Of a DNA stretch of 64,000 bases, positions 56,332-64,000 are shown piece by piece. The translations under genes were made by a program, and so were the position numbers. Source of the stretch: Myxococcota bacterium (GTDB lineage Bacteria > Myxococcota_A > UBA796 > CAJQPC01); the NCBI GenBank assembly GCA_023150845.1, contig JAKLKD010000013.1, positions 3,896 to 67,895 of the forward strand. Direction: 5' to 3'. The notes beneath the pieces are model-generated. The model saw nothing but the letters and a program-made list of their open reading frames with translations. It was not told the DNA's origin and did no database searches. The first letter of the stretch is position 1; each line of letters opens with the position of its first letter.

Positions 56332-57207
56332 GTGGCCTCTCTCCGCGACATCAAGCGCCGGATCCAGTCGGTCAAGAACACCCGACAGATCACCAAGGCC
56401 ATGAAGATGGTCTCCGGCGCCAAGCTCAAGCGCGCGACGGATCGTGCCGTCGCCGCGCGGCCCTATCAGGAGTCGCTCTCCCGGGTGCTCGGTCGTGTGG
56501 CCGCCGCGGCTGGGGATGAGATCTCCCACCCTCTGCTCGCGCAGCACGAGCAGGTCGAGAAGGTGCTCGTCGTCGTGATGGGCTCCGACCGCGGCCTCTG
56601 CGGCTCCTTCAACGGCAACGTGTTCCGTCGCCTGGAGCGCCACGTCGAGAAGGAGCGTGAGGCGGGCAAGGCCGTCAGCCTGCGCACCTTCGGCAAGAAG
56701 GCCCGCGGGCACTTCGGCCGCCGCAACTACAACATCGTCAACTCGGTGATCGACCTCACCTCGGCGAAGTACGCCGACGCCGCCTCGGCCTTGGCCGACC
56801 AGCTCTCCGCGGAGTTCTCCGCCGGGGACGTGCACGAGGTGTGGCTGGCCTACAACTACTTCAAGTCTGCGGGCACGCAGATCCCGACCATCACCCGCAT
56901 CTTGCCTCTGTCCGTCTCGGCCGGCGGCAAAGAGAGCGCGGCGGCGAGCAGCGTCGAGTACAAGTACGAGCCCGATGGGCAGCGTCTCCTCGACATCTTG
57001 CTCCCGATGCAGCTCCGCACCATCCTCCTCCAGGCGCTCCTCGACACCGAGGCCGGTGAGCACGCGGCGCGTATGGCCGCGATGGACAACGCCACCCGCA
57101 ACGCGGGTGAGCTGATCAGCTCCTTGACCCTCGAGTACAACCGAGGCCGTCAGGCGGCGATCACCAAAGAGCTCATCGAGATCGTCTCCGGCGCCGAAGC
57201 CATCTGA
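56332..57207 (+). CDS. atpG: F0F1 ATP synthase subunit gamma
   Basis: It reads MASLRDIKRRIQSVKNTRQITKAMKMVSGAKL...ITKELIEIVSGAEA. It uses a GTG start. Confidence 0.95.
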   Translation: MASLRDIKRRIQSVKNTRQITKAMKMVSGAKLKRATDRAVAARPYQESLSRVLGRVAAAAGDEISHPLLAQHEQVEKVLVVVMGSDRGLCGSFNGNVFRRLERHVEKEREAGKAVSLRTFGKKARGHFGRRNYNIVNSVIDLTSAKYADAASALADQLSAEFSAGDVHEVWLAYNYFKSAGTQIPTITRILPLSVSAGGKESAAASSVEYKYEPDGQRLLDILLPMQLRTILLQALLDTEAGEHAARMAAMDNATRNAGELISSLTLEYNRGRQAAITKELIEIVSGAEAI

Positions 57208-58689
<1,482 letters not shown>

Positions 58690-58720
58690 GCAGAAGCCCA
58701 GGCGCTTCTTCGAGGACCCG

Positions 58721-59113
58721 ATGCCTATCGCCGTTGAGATCGTCACGCCGACCCAGGTCGCGCACAAGTCCGTCGCCAAGGAGGTCCGCGCCCCGGGCTT
58801 CTTCGGTGAGTTCGGCGTGCTGCCCGACCACGTCCCCTTCCTCACCGTCGTCGAGCCGGGGCTGGTGGTCGTCACCAGCGACGCTGGCGACCGCGCGGTC
58901 TTCGTCGTGGGTGAGGGCTTCGCCGAGGCGGGCCCGGATCGCCTCGTGCTGCTCACCTCCTCCTGTGAGGAGGCCAGCGGCGTAGACAAGGCCGCCGCCC
59001 GCGCCGCCCTGGACGTCGCCGAGAAGGAGCTCGTCACCCTCGATCCGAACAGCGGCGAGTGGAAGACGGCGGAGCGGAAGGCCAAGCTCGCCCGGGCGCG
59101 CCTGCTCGCCTGA
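58721..59113 (+). CDS. atpC: F0F1 ATP synthase subunit epsilon
   Basis: It is 130 aa, reads ...VEIVTP.......V..V.APG..GEFGVLP.H.P.L..., and is the last gene of the block. Confidence 0.9.
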   Translation: MPIAVEIVTPTQVAHKSVAKEVRAPGFFGEFGVLPDHVPFLTVVEPGLVVVTSDAGDRAVFVVGEGFAEAGPDRLVLLTSSCEEASGVDKAAARAALDVAEKELVTLDPNSGEWKTAERKAKLARARLLA

Positions 59114-59133
59114 GCCTGACCGGACGACTGAAG

Positions 59134-59170
59134 AGACCGCCCAGGGGCCTCCCCTCGGCGGTCTTCTTCG
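59134..59170 (+). terminator. terminator-like hairpin after atpC
   Basis: The outer stem is AGACCGCC...GGCGGTCT. It encloses an inner AGGGG-CCT-CCCCT stem and is followed by TCTTCG. Confidence 0.5.
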
Positions 59171-59212
59171 CTCTGGGGGTCGCGGGGCGAGGCGGGGTGT
59201 TACCCTGAGCCC

Positions 59213-60112
59213 ATGAGAGCGCTGCTCGTCGGGCTGTGGTTCACCACGGCACAACATCGTGTGCCAGAGCGCGCTTCAGCGGCGGCGTACTACCTGCTGT
59301 TCGCGGGGCTGCCCTTCGTCGTGGCGCTGCTTGACCTGCTCACGCTCTTACACCTCGACGCCCAGCTCCGCACCCTGCAGCTCGTCATCGAGGAGGCCTT
59401 CCCGCCGGACATCGCGGCCCTGTTCTTGGCGGAGCTGGGCCGGATCGTCGAGGCGCGCTCGGCCCCCCGCGCGCTCTTGGCGTTCGCCCTCGCGGTCTAC
59501 AGCGGGGAGAAGGCGGTCAACAGCCTCATCCAGGGCGTGAACGTGGCCTACGCCGCCCACACGCCGCGCAACATGCTCCTCGACCGGCTCATGGCGGCGG
59601 TCATGACCGGCCTCGGCCTCTTGGTGAGCCTGCTCGTGCTGTTTCTGCTCGCCGGGGGCGCCTGGGCGTTCACGATGTTGGCCGAGCGGGGCCTGATCTC
59701 CACGGGCACGCTCTCGACCTTGACCGTGCTGCGCCTGCCCGTCGTGCTGCTCACCCTGCACCTCCTGGTGAACGTGCTCTACCGCGTCGCGGCCGACACG
59801 CCGCTGCCGTGGCGCTGGGCGAGCTGGGGGAGCGTGATCGCGACGGCGGGGTTTGTGGGCGTGGCCGAGGGTTTCCAGCTCTACGTCACCCGGGTGACGG
59901 ACCTCGGCGCGACCTACGGCTCCTTGGGCGCGGCGATCGGCCTGCTCCTGTTCTTGCAGCTCACGGCGACCTGTGTGCTCTTCGGCGCCGAGCTCGACGC
60001 GGCCCTGCTCAAGCGCGCGGGCGGCAAGACCACACGCCCGACGCCGCGCTGGAAACGGCGCCTGGTCTCGGCGCCGCCGACGGATCCGCCTGTGCGCCGG
60101 GACGAGGGCTGA
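59213..60112 (+). CDS. YihY/BrkB-family inner-membrane protein
   Basis: The 299-aa polytopic product reads ...AAAYYLLFAGLPF...TYGSLGAAIGLLLFLQLTATCVLFGAELDAAL, which is the YihY pattern. Confidence 0.7.
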   Translation: MRALLVGLWFTTAQHRVPERASAAAYYLLFAGLPFVVALLDLLTLLHLDAQLRTLQLVIEEAFPPDIAALFLAELGRIVEARSAPRALLAFALAVYSGEKAVNSLIQGVNVAYAAHTPRNMLLDRLMAAVMTGLGLLVSLLVLFLLAGGAWAFTMLAERGLISTGTLSTLTVLRLPVVLLTLHLLVNVLYRVAADTPLPWRWASWGSVIATAGFVGVAEGFQLYVTRVTDLGATYGSLGAAIGLLLFLQLTATCVLFGAELDAALLKRAGGKTTRPTPRWKRRLVSAPPTDPPVRRDEG

Positions 60113-60123
60113 GCGACGGCGCC

Positions 60124-60870
60124 TCAGTCCTTCCCGGCCTCTTTCAAGAAGGCCTTCGTGGTGGCGTGCTGAGGGTCGCCGAAGACCTGGTCCGGCGGTC
60201 CGAACTCGACGTCGTAGCCCCCGGCGAAGACGTGGACGTGGTCGCTCACCTGCCGGGCGAAACGCATGGAGTGGGTCACGACGATCATCGTCTGGTCGGC
60301 CTTGGCGAGATCGGTGATCACGCCGAGCACCTCGTTGGCCATGACCGGGTCGAGCGCCGAGGTGGGCTCGTCGAAGAGGATGGCCTCGGGGCGCATCATC
60401 AGGGTGCGGGCGATGGCCACCCGCTGCTGCTGGCCGCCGGAGAGGTCCCGGGGGAAGGCCTCGGCCTTGGCGAGCAGGCCTACGCGGTCCAAGAGCGCGA
60501 CGGCCCGGGAGACGGCGGACTCCTTGGGCTCTTTGTCGACGAGCATCGGGGCCTCGATGAGGTTGCCGACGACGCTCAGGTGCGGGAAGAGGTTGAACTG
60601 CTGGAAGACGAAGCCGACGACCTTCCGCACCTTCTGGAGCTGGGCGGCGTCTTTTCGGGGGTGAAGGTTCGCCGAGAGCACGTGGGGCCCGACGCGCACC
60701 GCGCCGCCTTGGAAGGTCTCCAGGCCGTTGATGCAGCGTAAGAACGTGGACTTCCCGCCGCCGGAGGGCCCGATGATCGCCGCGACCTCACCCCGGTTGA
60801 CCGTGAGCGAGATGCCCTTGAGGATCTCCAGCTCGCCGTGGCGCTTCACCAGAGAGTCTACGTGGATCAT
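60124..60870 (-). CDS. amino-acid ABC transporter ATP-binding protein
   Basis: It has GPSGGGKSTFLRCIN, LSGGQQQRVAIARTL and ILFDEPTSALDP. Confidence 0.92.
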   Translation of the reverse strand: MIHVDSLVKRHGELEILKGISLTVNRGEVAAIIGPSGGGKSTFLRCINGLETFQGGAVRVGPHVLSANLHPRKDAAQLQKVRKVVGFVFQQFNLFPHLSVVGNLIEAPMLVDKEPKESAVSRAVALLDRVGLLAKAEAFPRDLSGGQQQRVAIARTLMMRPEAILFDEPTSALDPVMANEVLGVITDLAKADQTMIVVTHSMRFARQVSDHVHVFAGGYDVEFGPPDQVFGDPQHATTKAFLKEAGKD

Positions 60871-62492
60871 ACGCCCACCCCCGAGCCGCCGAGGCGCTTC
60901 TCGATGTTCCGGGCGAGCAGCGACATGGGGTAGCTCATCACGAGGTACAAGAACGCGGTCATGAGCATCATCTCCACGACGGCTTGGGTGCTCATGGACA
61001 AGACGGTGAACCGTTTGGTCAGCTCGATGAGCGTGACGACGGAGCAGACCGAGGTGTCCTTAAACAGGGCGATGAAGTCGTTCACCACGGGCGGGATGAC
61101 GATACGCACGGCCTGGGGCACGATCACCCGGAAGATCGCCTGGGTGGGGGACATGCCCAAGGAGAGCGCCGCCTCTATCTGCCCGCCGGGGATGGCCTGG
61201 ATGCCCGCGCGGTAGATCTCCGACTCATACGCCGAGTAGTTGATCGCGAGGCCCAAGATCGCGGTGGTGAACGCCGGGATGTTTACGCCCAGCTCAGGCA
61301 ACAAGAAGAAGATGAAGTAGAGCTGGAGCATGAGCGGCGTGCCGCGCAAGAACTCGACGTAGGCCGTGAGCGGCAGGCGCACCCAGGCCGGGCCGTAGAG
61401 CCGACCGACGGCGATGAGGATGCCCGCGAGCACGGCCAAGGGGAAAGACAGCCCCGCGAGCACGACGGTGAGCCCGGCGGACTTGATGAGCACGGGGAAG
61501 TAGTCCTGGACGACGACCCAGCCGCGCTTGCGGGTGCTCGTCTGGGCGACGGCCTCCTGGGTGAGCGGCGCGTCCTCGGTGTTCACCGCGACCTGGGCGG
61601 CCTTCTCGTAGCCGAAGAACTTGGCGTGCTCGGCGAGGGTGAAGAGCTGCTGCTGCTGCTTGTCCCAGATGCCGTAGCGGCTGTAGATGCGCTCCAGCTC
61701 GCCGTTGCGGAGCATGAGGATGAGCGCCTCGTTCACGGCCTGGATGAGCTGCTTCTCCCCTTTGCGGGCGTAGATGACGTAGTAGCCTGGCGCCACGGGC
61801 TCGCCGATGGGGCGCAGGGCGGGGAAGCTGGGCGCGTAGTAGGACGCGATAGGCGTGTCCTGCAGGGTGGCGTCGAGCTTGCCCGTCTCGACCTCGCGCA
61901 TGGCGTCGGTGTTGCCGTCGTAGCCGATCACCTCACAGAGCTCGCCGCAGTGCTCCTCCATGACCTCTTGGGAGGCCGAGCCGGTGAGCACGCCGATCTT
62001 CATCAAGGCGCCGTCGGGGCGGGGCCGCTTGAGGTCGTCCCAAGAGCTGACCCCGGCGTCGTCGCTCCGCGCCATGAGCTGAAGGGCGTAGACGTAGTAG
62101 GGCATCGAGGCCTCGAAGAGCTCGGCGCGCTCCGGGGACCACTCGTAGCCGTTGATGACGAGCTGCACCTTCTCGGCGCGCAGGAGGTCGAGGAGCTTGT
62201 CCCACTGGCCTTGGGAGAACTCCGGCGTCACCTGGAGGTACTCGCCGAGCTTCGCGGCGAGGTCCACCTCAAAGCCGGTGACCTGCTCGGGGTCGTCCTC
62301 GCGGGGGAAGATGAAGGGGCCGCCGCCCTCCATGTCCGAGCCCCAGACGAGGCGTTTGTCCTTCTGAATCGCCGCCCAGGTCTCCCCGCCGCTCGTGGGG
62401 GAGGCGCCTTGGATTGGGGTCTCTTGCGCGGCGGCGGGCCGCGGCAGGAGCATCATGACCAGGACCCACATCAGCCCGAGCAGTCGGCGCAT
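60867..62492 (-). CDS. fused amino-acid ABC transporter substrate-binding (family 3) and permease protein
   Basis: It has an N-terminal signal peptide, a periplasmic-binding-like ~300 aa, and a C-terminal His/Glu/Gln/Arg-type permease segment (...LRGTPLMLQLYFIFF...). I chose the start at Met 62492. Confidence 0.8.
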   Translation of the reverse strand: MRRLLGLMWVLVMMLLPRPAAAQETPIQGASPTSGGETWAAIQKDKRLVWGSDMEGGGPFIFPREDDPEQVTGFEVDLAAKLGEYLQVTPEFSQGQWDKLLDLLRAEKVQLVINGYEWSPERAELFEASMPYYVYALQLMARSDDAGVSSWDDLKRPRPDGALMKIGVLTGSASQEVMEEHCGELCEVIGYDGNTDAMREVETGKLDATLQDTPIASYYAPSFPALRPIGEPVAPGYYVIYARKGEKQLIQAVNEALILMLRNGELERIYSRYGIWDKQQQQLFTLAEHAKFFGYEKAAQVAVNTEDAPLTQEAVAQTSTRKRGWVVVQDYFPVLIKSAGLTVVLAGLSFPLAVLAGILIAVGRLYGPAWVRLPLTAYVEFLRGTPLMLQLYFIFFLLPELGVNIPAFTTAILGLAINYSAYESEIYRAGIQAIPGGQIEAALSLGMSPTQAIFRVIVPQAVRIVIPPVVNDFIALFKDTSVCSVVTLIELTKRFTVLSMSTQAVVEMMLMTAFLYLVMSYPMSLLARNIEKRLGGSGVGV

Positions 62493-62497
62493 CGTGC

Positions 62498-63454
62498 TCA
62501 CTCCTCGTCGTAGACGGCGGTGTAGTAGCCAGGCTCGGGGCGGAACACGTTCAACGCCACGAACACGCCTGGGGACATCTGGGCCTCTTTGGCCGACCAC
62601 ATGAGCTTGCCTTCAGCCATGACCTGCAGCCAGTCGCGGATGGCGACCTTACCTCCGGCGCTCAGCGCGCTGCGGTAGACCCCGGTGTCGGCGTAGGAGC
62701 CAAGCGCGAGGTCGGGGTCGAAGTTCACCTCGCCGCGCACCGTCGGGTTCACCGAGGCCTCGGGCATGCCGACGACGACGAGCTGGCCGCCGCCGAAGGG
62801 GCTCCCCGCGGAGACGCCCGCGCCGCCGTCTACGGCGACGGTGACGAGGCGGTGGGGGTAGACCTCGCCGGAGTAGAACAGCGCGTAGAAGCCGTCCTGG
62901 GGGTAGGTCACGAAGCCGGTCCAGGTGGACCAGAGGTCCGCCTCGGCGGAGACGCCGACGCCGGCCGTCCAGTAGGGCTCAGGGAGTACCTCCCCCTCGG
63001 CCCAGCCGAAGTCCATGTCCGAGCCACCCCACACGAACACCTCGGCGTCGTTGTCGAAGTGCCAGGCAAACTCCGCGCCGAGCAGGCGGCCCGGGCTCGC
63101 GCCGTTGAAGTAGTTCGAGTAGGTCGGCATGTAGTTGTTGCGGTAGTCCCAGTCCTCAAGCCCGATGTTCGGGTTGTGGATACCGGCGCGCACGATGGGG
63201 CCCTCGGTGCCGACCTGCACCATGGCCCACTCCGGCGGGTAAGGCTGGAGCAGGCTCGGCGAGGCGAGGTCGGTCCAGAGGTCCACGTCGACCCGCACGA
63301 AGACCTTTCCTTGTTGCATCCGGAAGTCCACCTCACCCATGGTGGGCGCGGAGACGCTGCCGGGGCTGAGGTCCAGCGCGGCGTCGATGGAGCCCCCGAA
63401 CCAGAGGTCAGCGGCCTCTGCGGGGGCGTGGAGCAGGATCAGGGTGAGGAGCAT
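62498..63454 (-). CDS. hypothetical secreted, porin-like beta-barrel protein
   Basis: It has a signal peptide (MLLTLILLHAPAEA) and an aromatic-rich alternating pattern. It lies directly upstream of the ABC genes on the same strand. Confidence 0.5.
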   Translation of the reverse strand: MLLTLILLHAPAEAADLWFGGSIDAALDLSPGSVSAPTMGEVDFRMQQGKVFVRVDVDLWTDLASPSLLQPYPPEWAMVQVGTEGPIVRAGIHNPNIGLEDWDYRNNYMPTYSNYFNGASPGRLLGAEFAWHFDNDAEVFVWGGSDMDFGWAEGEVLPEPYWTAGVGVSAEADLWSTWTGFVTYPQDGFYALFYSGEVYPHRLVTVAVDGGAGVSAGSPFGGGQLVVVGMPEASVNPTVRGEVNFDPDLALGSYADTGVYRSALSAGGKVAIRDWLQVMAEGKLMWSAKEAQMSPGVFVALNVFRPEPGYYTAVYDEE

Positions 63455-63546
63455 GGGCGGTGGACCTCGGGGGAGCCGAGGACGTTACCACAGCTTGACC
63501 GCCCAGATCGAGAGAAAGCTCCGCGGAGGCGCAGGAGGCCCTGGAG

Positions 63547-64000
63547 CTAGGTCGCCGAGTCCAGGGATCGGATGAGCGCGGGGAGCTCCGCGAGAGAAGG
63601 GAGCGTCACCAAGGGGCGGCGGAGCGCCGTGAGCTGCGCGGCGGTCAGGCCGCTGAGCTTGGCGTAAAGCTCGCTGGAGGGCTCGCCAAAGCGCGCGGAG
63701 AGGATGTCCAAGACGGTGTGGAGCGCGATCTCGTGCTCAGCCTGGGCGAGCTTTGTCGCGACGGCCCTGGGTAGCTCTGCGGCGACGGCCTTGGGTAGCT
63801 CTGCGGCGACGGCCTTGGGTAGCTCTGCGGCGACGGCTTTGGGTAGCTCGGCCTCGACCCCCTTCGCGATGCCTCGGCTGAGGTACTCCTCTCGCTCCCG
63901 CACCAGCCACTTCACGTACTCGGTCTGGGGGTTGAAGCTCTTGAGGAACATCGTCTTCTCCAGGAGCGCCCTGGCGCTCAGCGAGAGGGCAGAGAGGACC
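63547..64000 (-). CDS. C-terminal part of an Rpn-family (PD-(D/E)XK nuclease / putative transposase, DUF4351-type tail) protein; the 5' end lies outside the window
   Basis: The frame is open to the window edge. The tail reads ...ILSARFGEPSSELYAKLSGLTAAQLTALRRPLVTLPSLAEL, which resembles the DUF4351 C-terminus. The assignment is tentative. Confidence 0.4.
   Translation of the reverse strand, partial: VLSALSLSARALLEKTMFLKSFNPQTEYVKWLVREREEYLSRGIAKGVEAELPKAVAAELPKAVAAELPKAVAAELPRAVATKLAQAEHEIALHTVLDILSARFGEPSSELYAKLSGLTAAQLTALRRPLVTLPSLAELPALIRSLDSAT
63758..63853. repeat. in-frame 24-bp tandem repeat x4 encoding (AELPKAVA)n
   Basis: Units GCGACGGCC(C/T)TGGGTAGCTCTGCG start at 63758, 63782, 63806 and 63830. 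Confidence 0.85.

Overview
This is a 64-kb, very GC-rich bacterial chromosomal segment (roughly 70% GC by eye). The gene families point to a Myxococcota-type organism, by inference only: Cys-rich 'putative metal-binding motif' lipoproteins, fibrinogen-like GGGWT domains, many Asp-rich lipoproteins and a sigma-54 enhancer-binding protein. I support about 65 protein genes and found no rRNA, tRNA or CRISPR.

Housekeeping blocks:
- tgt 3' end
- rubrerythrin / DUF3501 / truncated haemoglobin
- rluE
- acyl-CoA ligase
- P-type ATPase
- F1Fo ATP synthase b'-b-delta-alpha-gamma-beta-epsilon (53.0-59.1 kb)
- amino-acid ABC transporter

Accessory content:
- a lower-GC islet of immunity-type genes (5.3-9.4 kb), bounded by a duplicated rluE 3' end
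- a 1669-aa repeat lipoprotein followed by three tail-collar paralogs (12.0-18.7 kb)
- a 6 x 42-bp tandem repeat in front of a KAP P-loop NTPase (21.0-23.7 kb)
- two fibrinogen-like lipoprotein paralogs (46.4-50.6 kb)

Main hunt result: a microviridin-class graspetide (RiPP) locus at 42.2-44.7 kb.
- An ATP-grasp ligase is transcribed divergently from four tandem precursor genes.
- Each precursor carries the PFFARF leader motif and a TxKYPSDx(D/E)(D/E) core.
- Each also carries a second motif with the same ring-forming spacing in its C-terminal tail.
- A second microviridin-type ATP-grasp sits 15 kb away (26.5-27.5 kb) in an unrelated-looking gene string.

Second regulatory result: a perfect sigma-54 promoter and a 20-bp palindromic upstream site link the enhancer-binding protein to an ECF-like sigma gene (2.3-4.8 kb).

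All family calls come from reading the translations by eye. No database search was run.
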